From: Bacteroidia bacterium
Lineage (GTDB): Bacteria; Bacteroidota; Bacteroidia; AKYH767-A; JBBKVM01
Reading direction: 5' to 3'
Assembly (NCBI GenBank): GCA_037969175.1
Contig: JBBKWX010000157.1
Coordinates: 1-52,761, forward strand
DNA length: 52,761 nucleotides
Numbering within the stretch: position 1 is the stretch's first letter; each line of letters opens with the position of its first letter. Shown here in pieces: positions 28,843 through 40,136 of the stretch. The notes below the pieces were generated by a model. That model searched no databases and had not been told where the DNA came from. It saw nothing but the letters and a program-made list of their open reading frames with translations. The position numbers and the translations under genes are program-made.

Positions 28843-29856
28843 ATGATAATTGAAAATCACTCCCTCAAAAAGTATAACACGTTTGGAATAGACGTAAGTG
28901 CACGCTATTTCTCTGTAGCTGAAAATGAAGATCAATTACTTGATCTGATATCGGAATACAGAAAAAGCAGATCTGAATTATTGATTCTTGGTGGTGGCAG
29001 TAATCTGTTGTTTACCAAGAATTTTGATGGCCTTGTGATCAAACTTCAGTTGCCCGGTATCACTGAACTTGAAGAAAACGCAGATACGGTTTTAGTAAAA
29101 GCAGGAGCCGGAGTTGTGTGGCATGAGTTGGTGATGAAGTGTGTAAGCGAAGGCTGGGGCGGTGTTGAGAATATGTCATTGATACCCGGAAGTACGGGCG
29201 CAGGCCCCATGCAAAATATCGGAGCTTATGGAACTGAAATAAAAGATGTCTTCGAATATTTGGAAGCTATACATATCGAAAGCGGTCTGGTAAAAAAATT
29301 CAATGCTAATGAATGTGAATTTGGATACAGAAGCAGCATATTCAAAAACAAAGTAAAAGGAGAATATATCATCACGGGTGTTGCATTGAGATTGAACAAA
29401 AACACTGTACTTAATACAAGCTACGGCGCTATAGAAAATGAACTCAATGCAATGGGTATCCGGAATCCCGGGATCAGGGATGTAAGTAATGCAGTGATAA
29501 ATATTCGCCAGAGTAAATTACCGGATCCGACCGTGCTGGGGAATGCGGGTAGTTTTTTCAAGAACCCTGAAGTTGATCTGGAATTATTTGAAAAACTAAA
29601 GATCTCTTTTCCGGAAATCCCAGGGTATCCAACGGTTCCGGGTAAGATCAAACTTGCTGCAGGTTGGTTGATAGAGCAATGCGGCTGGAAAGGGAAAGTG
29701 GTAGGAAACACAGGGGCGCATAAGATGCAAGCTCTGGTACTGGTTAATTATGGTAAAGCTTCCGGATCAGAGATCCGGGATCTTGCTTTCAACATACTTG
29801 ATTCTGTTCAAGAAAAGTTTGGTGTGAAGCTGGAACCTGAAGTAAATATTATTTGA
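28843..29856 (+). CDS. murB: UDP-N-acetylenolpyruvoylglucosamine reductase
   Basis: YNTFGI, LGGGSNLLF, IPGSTGA.PMQNIGAYG, FGYRSSIFK, NAGSFFKNP, LEPEV. Confidence 0.97.
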   Translation: MIIENHSLKKYNTFGIDVSARYFSVAENEDQLLDLISEYRKSRSELLILGGGSNLLFTKNFDGLVIKLQLPGITELEENADTVLVKAGAGVVWHELVMKCVSEGWGGVENMSLIPGSTGAGPMQNIGAYGTEIKDVFEYLEAIHIESGLVKKFNANECEFGYRSSIFKNKVKGEYIITGVALRLNKNTVLNTSYGAIENELNAMGIRNPGIRDVSNAVINIRQSKLPDPTVLGNAGSFFKNPEVDLELFEKLKISFPEIPGYPTVPGKIKLAAGWLIEQCGWKGKVVGNTGAHKMQALVLVNYGKASGSEIRDLAFNILDSVQEKFGVKLEPEVNII

Positions 29857-32800
29857 TCTCTTCAAGAATTTTCTTGAGTTCCGTCTCAGTCTGTTTATAG
29901 ATCTCCGACAGATCAGAGATCATGATCGAGATATTTGTCATGTCTGCATTCTTGCCTTTGATCTCAACTTGTTTACATGTTTGTGCAAGAATTTTTGCAC
30001 CCAAATTTAAACTTGTTCCTTTCAATTTATGGGCAAGAGCTCCGACATTTAAATGATCTCCTTTGCTTTCTGCTTCAGATATTTCTTCGATCAGTTTTGG
30101 AGCCTGTTCGAAAAACATATTCATCACGTTCTGCATAAAACCTGAATCGACTTTACTGTTAATATCTTCAAGACGTTTGATCGCATCCTGATCGATAAGT
30201 TCTTCTTTACTAAAAATAATTTTACGAGATCCTTTAGGGTTCACTGTTGAGGGTTTAGACCATTTTTCAATGGTACGTTGTAATGCTTCAAGGAATATAG
30301 GCTTGCTAATATAATCATCCATTCCGGCTTCAAGACATTTTTCTTTATCTCCTTCAAGCGCAAATGCGGTCATAGCTATGATTCTTGGTCGGCGGGAAGG
30401 AGGATAATTCCTTATGATCGTTTTGGTTGCCTCTATACCATCTATCTTAGGCATCTGCACATCCATGAAAATAAGATCATAGATCTTTGTTTTCATCAAC
30501 TCCAAAGCTTCTGCTCCATCATTTGCAACATCCACTTTGTACCCAAGTTGTGAAAGAATGGTTGTGGCCAAGATCTGGTTGATAGGATTGTCTTCTGCAA
30601 GCATGATCTCAATAGGATATTTCCTGGCCAAATCTTCATCCAACTCAATTTGCTCTTCCTTACTTTCTGCCTGCTTATTTCTTTTATGCATTAAAGCAGA
30701 AGCAACGCTGTCAAAGAACCTTGATTCTGTAGCACTCTTAGAGATACGTCCTGTCAATATTCTGTTTGTAAAGCTGATATCTTTTAGGTTTGAAGTATCT
30801 GCATTGAACAGTACGATGGGAAGAAGCGACTCATCCTTAATTTCACGAATAGGCCCGGTAATAGCTTCCCATGCTGAATCATTGATCTCAGCATCCAACA
30901 TCACCAGATCCAATTCAGAATTAGATCTGATATAATTTATAGCTTCTTTTCCGGATGTTGTGAAAGTTGCTTTGATCTCCCATTTATCAAAATACAATTT
31001 TAATTTACTCTTCTCTTCCCTGCTATCCGTAACGATCAATACATTCTTTTCTTTTAATAATTCAGCGTCGATAACAGGAACTGAAATAGTAGATACTTCT
31101 CCTTTTTTGGTAAGAATTGTAAATGAGAATGTACTTCCTTCTCCCAATCTGCTATCTACCCATATATCACCTTTCATCAAGTTTACAAGTCTTGAACATA
31201 TTGCAAGCCCAAGACCTGTTCCACCATATTGTCTGGTTGTAGAGGTCTCTGCCTGTGAGAAAGGTTTAAATAACCTTTCCAGTTTATCCGGAGGAATACC
31301 GATCCCGGTATCTTTTATAGAAAATTTAAGTGTAATTCCATTTTCAGAATCTGCAACTTTACTTACATGGATATTGATGGAGCCACGTGAAGTGAATTTA
31401 ACTGCATTGCTTACCAAATTAACAAGGATCTGTCTCAATCGGGTATGATCACCTATGATCTCAGATGGAATATCAGGTTCAATATTATAGATCAACTCCA
31501 GATCTTTTTCCTTGGCTTTATAATTCAGTATTTCAAATGCCTCATCAATAACTTGCTGAAGTGGAAAAGATTTTTGTTCCAGCTCCATCATATCCGATTC
31601 TATCTTACTATAATCCAGAATATCATTAATGATGGTAAGCAAGGCTTCACTGCTTAATAACACCGTATCTACATATTCGCGTTGTGTCTGTGTCAGCGTA
31701 GTCGTTTTAAGAAGTTCCGACATACCTATTACTCCGTTTAAAGGAGTTCGGATCTCATGACTCATAGTCGCCAGGAAATCACTTTTAGCAGCAGTTGCGG
31801 CTTCGGCTTTTTCTTTTGCTTTGATTATTTCATGTTCATATTGGATTCTGGCAGTGATATCCCTTGAGATACTTGATACACCGGTGATCAATCCCTTGTC
31901 GCTATATATAGCATAATAGGATGTCTCAAGATCCAATGGGCTTCCGGTATTGGGAGCATATTTTTCATCCAGTCGCGGACTTTCTCCACGCATGGTTTTG
32001 CTGAAAATCTCCAACCAATTCTGAAGCGATTCCCCGCTCAACATATCTCTGTAATTGTCGCCCACATTGATATGTCGACCATGTTGTTCGAAGAAACGTT
32101 TCTTGAACTTTGTATTCAATACAGTAATATTATGATGCTGATCAACAGAAAAAATTGCATCACGCGTATTTTCAATGATAGCCGAAAGATTTACTTTCTC
32201 TTCAATAATTGCCAGCTCAATTCTTTTCTTTTCGGTAATATCTTCAAGCATGATGATGCCCTGCTTCAAACTTCCATCCGAATCCATAAGAAAGGATGTG
32301 GTCATATTGACCCAGAGCTGACTTCCGTCCCTACATATAAGTCGGCGCTCAAAACTCCTTTTGGTTTGCTCTTCAGAAAACAAATATTCCGGTCGGTGAT
32401 GACCATTTCTCAGGTCTTCCGGATGTGTGATCAACGTGAGATTCAATCTCAAAAGATCATCCTCTTTATAGCCCAACATGGCACATAAAGCAGAATTCAC
32501 TTTTGAAAATTTCAATTCAGGAGTAAGCATAGCGAGCCCAAAATCTCCTCTTTCTAAGATCCCTGCAACCCACTGATAATCCTCTTCTGAACCTCCGGCA
32601 CCGGAAGATTCCGGAATGGGATTGTTTGGTATTTTTTGTTCAGAGTCGGGTAGTGGAAAATCCAGAATAGCAACCGGATTTGCTTTCGCCGATTCCATAA
32701 TGACAGGCTCTTCATGGATCAAAAATTCTTCTTTCTCGCATGCCGGAGAAACACTCCAGATCGTGCCAAAACCTTTTCCTTTGCCCAGCGCTAACCGGTT

Positions 32801-34009
32801 TTGATTTATTTTGATGTTGGATATTACTCCGGTCAGACTTTGGTATTCAATTTCGAAACTTTGACCATGTCCATTTACATCGCCTTTTTTTATTGCTTCC
32901 TGTATCCCGTATGCAGCAAGTCGTTCCGGAATCTCAATAGATCCGGTCAAATCAACGGGATCCAGATTAAGGAACTGAAGAGCTTTATCATTAAAATAAA
33001 TTACTTTGTTGTCATTATCTGCTGCGATCACACCTTCACTCAGGCTGGATATCATTTCACGATACTGCAAATTTGAATTCAACAATTCCTCATGCGATTT
33101 ACGAATTGAATCAATATCACAGATCCGCAGTAGGTGGAGTTGCCCTTCTTTTACATCAATCTTTATAAATGAAATACTACTCCAGAAATCTGTTTTATCA
33201 TCCTTGTGCCATTTGGCTTCAAAATTAGAACTGACCAGTTCTTCAGAGCCTTTGATCCATGCAGACCAATCATCTTTCCATCCTCCACTGATCAGGTCAT
33301 GTAAATTTCTTCCGATCAATGAATCGTCCGGATGCAATCCAAACAGAGGAGGTGATTGGGAATTATGATCCATGATCCTCAGGGTACCGGGTTGGAATAA
33401 TATCCAGGCATCCGGTGTACTATTGAATAGTTTGCTCAGGGTCTTTTCTCTTTCCTCCAGGTTCTTATGATAATTCAATCTCATGAATCTCCATGTTGCA
33501 GAAAATACCATAAGTCCGGCTATCAGCAATGCAAAGAACATCGGTGTAATGGGTAATGCTTCCGGATTGATGATCACAAGATATTCAAGAACCGACAAAC
33601 AGATCAGGTTATAAATAACTGCTATCCAGATTCTTGAAAAATGAAGATTTGCCACAAGTAACATGGCAATCATAGCTATTTCAAAATCCTGGTGATAATT
33701 ATTTACATGAAGTAGTCCTATTATATATAAAGTGGCGGGCAGAAAAAATGCCTGGATTCCATACGCACTGATTCGTTCACCTTTTTCCGGAATATAACTC
33801 AGGATAAAAATAAATATGGGGAATATTCCCATGAAGTACCAGGGAAAAAGATAGGCTTCAACTTCAGGAACAACACTTTGGGTGAAGAACCAGGAAAAAA
33901 TAAACGATACGGACAGCAACAATGCCAATACACGATTATAGATCAGCCCATAAGCTGAAACAAGTGTACTGGAATTAAAAAGCAGTCTTGCTTTTCCTAG
34001 GATATCCAT
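29849..34009 (-). CDS. Membrane hybrid sensor histidine kinase (TM-PAS-HisKA-HATPase-REC-REC-Hpt)
   Basis: MSHEIRTPLNG, NLVSNAVKFT, DTGIG, GGTGLGL, FMDVQMP, AHKLKGTS. Confidence 0.95.
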   Translation of the reverse strand: MDILGKARLLFNSSTLVSAYGLIYNRVLALLLSVSFIFSWFFTQSVVPEVEAYLFPWYFMGIFPIFIFILSYIPEKGERISAYGIQAFFLPATLYIIGLLHVNNYHQDFEIAMIAMLLVANLHFSRIWIAVIYNLICLSVLEYLVIINPEALPITPMFFALLIAGLMVFSATWRFMRLNYHKNLEEREKTLSKLFNSTPDAWILFQPGTLRIMDHNSQSPPLFGLHPDDSLIGRNLHDLISGGWKDDWSAWIKGSEELVSSNFEAKWHKDDKTDFWSSISFIKIDVKEGQLHLLRICDIDSIRKSHEELLNSNLQYREMISSLSEGVIAADNDNKVIYFNDKALQFLNLDPVDLTGSIEIPERLAAYGIQEAIKKGDVNGHGQSFEIEYQSLTGVISNIKINQNRLALGKGKGFGTIWSVSPACEKEEFLIHEEPVIMESAKANPVAILDFPLPDSEQKIPNNPIPESSGAGGSEEDYQWVAGILERGDFGLAMLTPELKFSKVNSALCAMLGYKEDDLLRLNLTLITHPEDLRNGHHRPEYLFSEEQTKRSFERRLICRDGSQLWVNMTTSFLMDSDGSLKQGIIMLEDITEKKRIELAIIEEKVNLSAIIENTRDAIFSVDQHHNITVLNTKFKKRFFEQHGRHINVGDNYRDMLSGESLQNWLEIFSKTMRGESPRLDEKYAPNTGSPLDLETSYYAIYSDKGLITGVSSISRDITARIQYEHEIIKAKEKAEAATAAKSDFLATMSHEIRTPLNGVIGMSELLKTTTLTQTQREYVDTVLLSSEALLTIINDILDYSKIESDMMELEQKSFPLQQVIDEAFEILNYKAKEKDLELIYNIEPDIPSEIIGDHTRLRQILVNLVSNAVKFTSRGSINIHVSKVADSENGITLKFSIKDTGIGIPPDKLERLFKPFSQAETSTTRQYGGTGLGLAICSRLVNLMKGDIWVDSRLGEGSTFSFTILTKKGEVSTISVPVIDAELLKEKNVLIVTDSREEKSKLKLYFDKWEIKATFTTSGKEAINYIRSNSELDLVMLDAEINDSAWEAITGPIREIKDESLLPIVLFNADTSNLKDISFTNRILTGRISKSATESRFFDSVASALMHKRNKQAESKEEQIELDEDLARKYPIEIMLAEDNPINQILATTILSQLGYKVDVANDGAEALELMKTKIYDLIFMDVQMPKIDGIEATKTIIRNYPPSRRPRIIAMTAFALEGDKEKCLEAGMDDYISKPIFLEALQRTIEKWSKPSTVNPKGSRKIIFSKEELIDQDAIKRLEDINSKVDSGFMQNVMNMFFEQAPKLIEEISEAESKGDHLNVGALAHKLKGTSLNLGAKILAQTCKQVEIKGKNADMTNISIMISDLSEIYKQTETELKKILEEIK

Positions 34010-34333
34010 AGAATCAAATAAGTTTGATTTAGTGTATCATGCTTAACGGCTTAATACTCGGCCAAGTTACGCTCCTACCGCATGAGGTAATGGAAAACTT
34101 ATACGATATCTTACAATGGTATGTAATCTTAAATTACAGATAATGAATTACAAATCAACTATGTCATTCATTAAAATCATAAGAACATAAACATGAAATC
34201 CATGTTAATATATCAACAAACACCTGAAAAAGTGTCTTCTATATCTAAGGAACAAAAAAAGCAGGTATCCAATCAGGTAACTTAATATTTTGGACTAGTT
34301 TATAAAAAACCAGTTAAATCTTACAAAATCAGA

Positions 34334-36055
34334 CTAACAATTTTCTAATTCCTGCTTTATGAAATTGGAAAGTTCAGAAACATAATCAGATGAGAAATCA
34401 AACTTGATCCCTGCAGTTTCATAGATCTCAGAAATGGATCTTGTATATCCCAGTTTCAATGCAGCTAAATAGTTTTTTATTGTAGCTTTTGGGTCTTCTT
34501 TATAACTCTTCCACATGGCAATAGCGCCTAATTGGGCCATTCCATATTCGATATAATAAAAAGGAACCTGATACAAATGCATTTGTTTTTGCCAGGAGGT
34601 ATTGAAGGCATTTTCTAAACCACTGTAATCAATTTCAGGATTTGAATAAGCAGAATGAATCTTTTTCCAGGCCTCCGTTCTTTGCTCAGTGGTATGTCCG
34701 GGGTTTGTATATATCCAATGTTGGAATGCATCAATTGTTGCAATCCATGGCATCACAGAGATTACTTTTTCAAGTGTTTGCCTTCTGGCTCTTCTCAATT
34801 GTTCTTTATCTTCAATGAATACATCCCAATGTTCCATAGCTATGAGTTCCATAGACATAGATGCGAGTTCAGCCACTTCAGAAGGAGTGTCTTTGAAAGC
34901 ACTATATTCAAGATCACGGGTCACAAGTGAATGCACAGCATGTCCTCCTTCGTGAACCATAGTTATCACATCTCTCAATGTGTCGGCACTATTCATGAAA
35001 ATAAAAGGAACTCCTATTTCAGCTAATGGATAATTATATCCTCCGGGTGCTTTTCCTTTGCGACTTTCAAGATCCACATGATTCATTTGTTTGAGGATAT
35101 CCAGACATTCTCCCAAAAAGGGATCGATCTTATAGAAATTCTCAATCGCCTTATCCATCAACTCCACCCCGCCATTAAATGGCTTCAGCCCTTGTAAACC
35201 GCTTGGGTCAACTTCCATATCCCAGGGACGCAGAGGATCCAGCTTTAGTTTCTCCTTTCTGTCCTTATCCAGATAATTGGACAAAGGCAAGATCTGTGTT
35301 CTGATTGCTTCATGAAAACTAAAACAATCTTCAGGTGTATAATCGAAGCGTCCTAAAGCCGCAAACATATAATCCCTAAAGTTATCAAAGCCTGCATTTT
35401 TTGCCACCTGATGACGTAGCACGCATAATCTGGAAAAGAGATCATCCAATTTCTCCTTGTCTTCAGCCCTACGAGAACTGATCGACCTCCAAATATGTTC
35501 TCTCATCTCACGATCTGTCTCTTTCAATAAGCTGGCAGCTTGTTGCAAAGTGAGTTCATTACCGTTATGAGTAATGGTCATTTCACCAGCCAGTGTATTG
35601 AATTCCTGTTCTTCCGTCTGAATACGTGTATAAAGCGGAATATTCTCATCCCTGTAGATCTCAACAGATTTACGCAATCCACGGATGAAGATCTTATAAT
35701 CACCTTTATCAAGCTCAGCTAGAAAAGGGCTTTCAAGCAATTTCTTGTCAAGCTCATTTGAAACAGGAGCAAGTTGAGGTGAGATATCTGTAATGAACAA
35801 TGAATATGCATCAGCAAAATCCTTGTTCGCTGTATCACAAGTCATCCGAATATATCTCCAACCCATATCTTCGCTTACCAATGAATCTATTTCGCTTCTA
35901 TCAGCCAGCCATGACATTAATTCAGGCATACTGCTAATATTGCGATCAGATAAATTTTGGTAATACGATTTAAGACTATCCCAATTTTCTAATTTGAAAT
36001 TTTCGGGCAGGAATTTTCTTGCCGGTCTCTGCGGGAGGGTGATCGTATTCGACAT
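34334..36055 (-). CDS. M3 family oligoendopeptidase (PepF-like)
   Basis: HEGGH zinc motif, EVAELASMSME, PFYYIEY. Confidence 0.95.
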   Translation of the reverse strand: MSNTITLPQRPARKFLPENFKLENWDSLKSYYQNLSDRNISSMPELMSWLADRSEIDSLVSEDMGWRYIRMTCDTANKDFADAYSLFITDISPQLAPVSNELDKKLLESPFLAELDKGDYKIFIRGLRKSVEIYRDENIPLYTRIQTEEQEFNTLAGEMTITHNGNELTLQQAASLLKETDREMREHIWRSISSRRAEDKEKLDDLFSRLCVLRHQVAKNAGFDNFRDYMFAALGRFDYTPEDCFSFHEAIRTQILPLSNYLDKDRKEKLKLDPLRPWDMEVDPSGLQGLKPFNGGVELMDKAIENFYKIDPFLGECLDILKQMNHVDLESRKGKAPGGYNYPLAEIGVPFIFMNSADTLRDVITMVHEGGHAVHSLVTRDLEYSAFKDTPSEVAELASMSMELIAMEHWDVFIEDKEQLRRARRQTLEKVISVMPWIATIDAFQHWIYTNPGHTTEQRTEAWKKIHSAYSNPEIDYSGLENAFNTSWQKQMHLYQVPFYYIEYGMAQLGAIAMWKSYKEDPKATIKNYLAALKLGYTRSISEIYETAGIKFDFSSDYVSELSNFIKQELENC

Positions 36056-36058
36056 TAT

Positions 36059-36610
36059 TTAAATAGATTTTTTAGATCCCGCATTTTTCAATTGGGCACC
36101 TGATGGCTTCTTTACTGCTTTAACTCCGGCATCTGCCTTGGTAGTTTTTTTAGCTGCGGTTTTTTTCTTTGAAGTTGTCTTAACTTCTTTTACTTCCTTC
36201 ACCTCTTCTACAGCTTCATCAGCTTCAGCTTCATCAAAAGCATCCGTGTCTTTCAACAGGTTAAACCAGGTTAGAATTTTCTTAATGTCTGAGTTATATA
36301 CTCTTTCCTGATCAAAAGAAGGAAAACATTTTTCAAATTCACTTCTCAATTTCGCCGGATCTGATTTAACATCAAATTCGTGTTTCAGGCCTTTTGCGTC
36401 AGCGATCGACTTCAAAACTTCAGCAAGCAATACATCTTCATCCGTTGTATAAACACTTATGTCTTCCAACATGCTAATGCGTTGTGTAGATGCCACCGGC
36501 ATACGCTTCTTATCACTTACACCTTCAACTACAAATCCACTGCGGGTTTGAGCTATGATTTTAAAAAGGCCTGGTTGGCCTGCAATCGAAAGAATTCCTT
36601 TCAGCTTCAT
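36059..36610 (-). CDS. DUF5606-type Bacteroidota protein with Lys/Ala-rich tail
   Basis: ILSIAGQPGLFK...LEDISVYT...RVYNSDIKKILTW; -7 element TATTTTTG at 36629-36636. Confidence 0.8.
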   Translation of the reverse strand: MKLKGILSIAGQPGLFKIIAQTRSGFVVEGVSDKKRMPVASTQRISMLEDISVYTTDEDVLLAEVLKSIADAKGLKHEFDVKSDPAKLRSEFEKCFPSFDQERVYNSDIKKILTWFNLLKDTDAFDEAEADEAVEEVKEVKEVKTTSKKKTAAKKTTKADAGVKAVKKPSGAQLKNAGSKKSI

Positions 36611-36637
36611 CTTCTAAATTAATTTGGTCAAAAATAC

Positions 36638-36680
36638 GAAAAATAAAAATGACCCTAACAGTATTATTCAGGTCATTATT
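36638..36680 (-). terminator. Possible terminator of the S8 peptidase gene
   Basis: Imperfect AATGACC...GGTCATT stem followed by a T-rich run on the minus strand. Confidence 0.45.
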
Positions 36681-36684
36681 TGGA

Positions 36685-39543
36685 TTACCTCACAATTGTG
36701 AACTTCTTGGTGATAGCAGAATTTTTTCCTTCAACCTTGAGGATATAAATTCCTGCGTTCATTTCTGTTAATGAAATTTTCAAATTCTGTCCTTCAGTAT
36801 TCAACTCTTTAATATCTGAACTGAAAACCGTTTGCCCCAGAGCATCGAGAATAGAAACTTTGTCGTTCGCACTCCAGGCAGAATTCATAACTACATTAAG
36901 TTCATTCTTTGCAGGCACCGGATACAAGATGAGATCATTTTGCGACAGATCATTTGACGCAGCGCTGAGCCCTGTTACAAAATCATATTTAATTTGAGCG
37001 GCAATGGCCGAACTAATAATATCTGATAAACTATCGCCTCCGATAAGTGCAAAAGCTACAACTATTGAGTTTCCAGGACTAATGGAATAGGGCCCTGTTG
37101 AAACAACATCAATGATGTCATTGCCTACTCCGGCTCCACCTGCTGTTGCTCTGTTTGTTGAAAGACCCTGATATTTTTCAGCTGAACTATATCCGTCAGC
37201 AATATTGATTCCTCCACTTCCACCACCAAGATTATCCATTGCATTATGAATAAACGGACCCGGAGTAAGTAATTTAATTCCTGCAAAAAGTCCATTGTTT
37301 TCAGTACTCCACGCATAACCCATTCTTGTCGCGGCATCTTCAGAGATCTTATTTTTATTGTAATCCATGATGTCCCAATCACTAAAAATTCCTGCATGCA
37401 AACCACTGATATTTGAAGAGCCATTGTTCTTGATGGTATATTCTACGATCACATATTTCCGATCCGCAAAGGTGCTCCAAACATATAGTTGGTGATCAAC
37501 AAGTAAATTCATTGTTGTGGCACCTGCAAGTGCATCATTGAATTTTCCGAACAGATCAAACTCTGATTTTACGGTTGGGATCACAGTTGCTACTTTTAAT
37601 ACAGATTGAAAATCATTATCGGTTTGACCATTGGAAGCGCCTCTCACATTATCCGAAACCTGATTTGAATTGGCACCTATCATCAATCCTCCTTCGTACA
37701 TCATCGTAGCACTGCCCTTATATGTAAAACCAAGACCTTCTGACTGACCTGTATTGTTGTAGCCAAGACGGCCTTTACTTGTTATCGTCGTACCTATGTC
37801 ATTCTTAGTTACATTGATATAATCCACATTTACGATCAATTCGAATTGTTGAATATCAGTATAAGCACCATCATTAAAAGTGAGCCTGAAAAGGATCTTT
37901 GCATTTTGAACCGCCGATGGATTGATCTTTACCAGAAAAGGATCTGCAAGATTATTAGATGTTGCCAAACTTCCCATTGCTCCGGGCGTTGTTGAATTAT
38001 CGATGATCGTTACAGCAGATGAAGTGGTAGACAATGTAACCGTGAGATTTGAAAGCGGGTTCAGGAAATTAATTATATCTCCTGAAATCCGGAGTGTATC
38101 ATTGGCAACAAATGTATCATCATTATTATCTGTAAGGAAAAGATTTTCCATTCTAACTGACTTTGCAGACTCTGATAATGCTCTGAAAAGATTGATCCTT
38201 CCTCTGCCTAGTTTCCCGGCATAGGCGGGATTGATCCCATCTATATTATCACTTGTAACTCTTAGCTGTTCGCCAATTTGTAATCCTGTATAAAACGGAA
38301 ATTGGGCTTTTACAATAGCTGCGGCACCGGCAGCTATTGGAGCAGCCATAGACGTTCCACTTGATCCGGTATATGTATTATTAAAATAAGTAGAATAGAT
38401 ATTTGAACCCGGAGCAGATACATCTACAAAAGTTCCATAATTTGAAAAACCGGATTTTGTATCTGTATCATTCGTTGATGCTACCGATAAAACAAATTTA
38501 TATGCAGATGGAAAGAAATGGATCTCGTTTCCATCATTTCCGGCTGCAGCGACTACAAGTCTGTCTTGATTTATAGTTGCATAATCAATTATATCTTGTC
38601 CAAATTGACCTCCACCGGGTCCTCCCCATGAGCAATTAATAATATGACAACCATGATCGGCAGCATATACAATACCTTCATAAGCAGCAATAAGATTTCC
38701 CAAATTATCCGAGATCTTAACAGGCAAAAATTTAGTTTTGAAACCTGAACCGGCAACCCCTACTCCATTATCCGTAGCAGCAGCAGCACAGCCCGATACA
38801 TGTGAACCATGCGCAGGTACTCCGCTACCCGTTACCATTGGGTCATTGTCATTTGCTGCTACATCCCATCCTCTGTAATTATCTATAAAACCATCATTAT
38901 CATCGTCAATACCATTTATCGGATCCGCATAATTGTATTTTATTGCAGTTACCAGATCTCCATGATCCCAATCTGTACCCGTATCTACAATTCCTACGAC
39001 TATATTCGTATCTCCTTTATTTATATCCCAGGCATTGTATGCATTTATTTTATTTAAAAAGTACATACCTGAATTAGAAAGCAAAGGATCGTTTGGTGTA
39101 TAAGAAACAGAGGAAATATAAGATGGCTCAACATATTCAAATAAGCCGGTAGCCATGAGCAGATCTATTACTTTCTCTATTCTCAGGTCTGTACTAAAAT
39201 CCGCTTTATAGATCAAACTCAGATCGGCCAACTTCAGATCCATATTGTTTCTTTCAACTGCAGGTGCAGTTTTCCCGGGAAAGATCTTCGACATGTTTAT
39301 AATAGATGCTTGTGTAGAAATGCTCCTGAAGCGGGATTCATCAAATCCTGTATTTGTACAAAATTGTCTGTATTCTGTTTTAACTTTCAGAATAATTTTT
39401 CCGGGAACATAATTTTGCTCACTTACCCCTGCCGGAAAACGGAAGTTTTTTTGTTTTTGAGTTGTGTTGATCTCGCTATTACCTGCGATCACATTGAAAC
39501 TTATACCAAAAATGGCAATTATGGTCAGTATACTTTTAGACAT
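36685..39543 (-). CDS. S8 subtilisin-like serine peptidase with T9SS C-terminal domain
   Basis: Catalytic triad IVDTG / HGSHVSG / GTSMAAP, AAAGND; C-terminal LYPVPA...GIYIL...KKFTIVR. Confidence 0.95.
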   Translation of the reverse strand: MSKSILTIIAIFGISFNVIAGNSEINTTQKQKNFRFPAGVSEQNYVPGKIILKVKTEYRQFCTNTGFDESRFRSISTQASIINMSKIFPGKTAPAVERNNMDLKLADLSLIYKADFSTDLRIEKVIDLLMATGLFEYVEPSYISSVSYTPNDPLLSNSGMYFLNKINAYNAWDINKGDTNIVVGIVDTGTDWDHGDLVTAIKYNYADPINGIDDDNDGFIDNYRGWDVAANDNDPMVTGSGVPAHGSHVSGCAAAATDNGVGVAGSGFKTKFLPVKISDNLGNLIAAYEGIVYAADHGCHIINCSWGGPGGGQFGQDIIDYATINQDRLVVAAAGNDGNEIHFFPSAYKFVLSVASTNDTDTKSGFSNYGTFVDVSAPGSNIYSTYFNNTYTGSSGTSMAAPIAAGAAAIVKAQFPFYTGLQIGEQLRVTSDNIDGINPAYAGKLGRGRINLFRALSESAKSVRMENLFLTDNNDDTFVANDTLRISGDIINFLNPLSNLTVTLSTTSSAVTIIDNSTTPGAMGSLATSNNLADPFLVKINPSAVQNAKILFRLTFNDGAYTDIQQFELIVNVDYINVTKNDIGTTITSKGRLGYNNTGQSEGLGFTYKGSATMMYEGGLMIGANSNQVSDNVRGASNGQTDNDFQSVLKVATVIPTVKSEFDLFGKFNDALAGATTMNLLVDHQLYVWSTFADRKYVIVEYTIKNNGSSNISGLHAGIFSDWDIMDYNKNKISEDAATRMGYAWSTENNGLFAGIKLLTPGPFIHNAMDNLGGGSGGINIADGYSSAEKYQGLSTNRATAGGAGVGNDIIDVVSTGPYSISPGNSIVVAFALIGGDSLSDIISSAIAAQIKYDFVTGLSAASNDLSQNDLILYPVPAKNELNVVMNSAWSANDKVSILDALGQTVFSSDIKELNTEGQNLKISLTEMNAGIYILKVEGKNSAITKKFTIVR

Positions 39544-39647
39544 GGTGGGGATTGTATTTGATGCAAGATATTAAATTCAGAATTAATTAAATCGATCTGC
39601 TGAATGAAAGTCAAAAATGTAATGAAAGTTGTGGATCAAATTGACAA

Positions 39648-40109
39648 CTATAACTCAAGAAGTTCCTGAAATGAGGGAAGTTCCCGAAAGAAATCATACT
39701 TTTTGTTCTCATGATCCATCATACATGCAAAATGATCCATTCCATTGGTCACATATAAAAATCGGATCCCAAGTTCCAAAGCATAACGAGCAGCCTGATC
39801 AAATACATCCTGAGAGATCTTAATATCAGGAGACTTGCATTCAACAACCATCAAGGGTTTTCCTGCCTTATCCCAGGATACAATATCTGCCCTTCTCTGC
39901 ATACCTTGAACTTTCAACATTTGCTCTACAGAAATTAATGAAAAGGGAAAGCCCAGTTTGATCTCCAGGTAATTAAGCATATGTTGCCTAACCCATTCTT
40001 CGGGTGTAAGCGTCACGTATTTTCTTCGGAATCTGTCAAATATTTGCTTACTTTGCCCTTCAGTCCTGATATCTGCTTCAAAAGAAGGAAGATTAAGTTT
40101 GAGAGGCAT
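39648..40109 (-). CDS. Stand-alone HsdR N-terminal-like (HSDR_N_2) PD-(D/E)xK protein
   Basis: LTPEEWVRQH, RRADIV, VVECKS, DQAARY, YVTNG; -7 element TATATTTG at 40128-40135 supports ATG 40109. Confidence 0.88.
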   Translation of the reverse strand: MPLKLNLPSFEADIRTEGQSKQIFDRFRRKYVTLTPEEWVRQHMLNYLEIKLGFPFSLISVEQMLKVQGMQRRADIVSWDKAGKPLMVVECKSPDIKISQDVFDQAARYALELGIRFLYVTNGMDHFACMMDHENKKYDFFRELPSFQELLEL

Positions 40110-40136
40110 AGTGCAGGATTTTTTTTTCAAATATAC

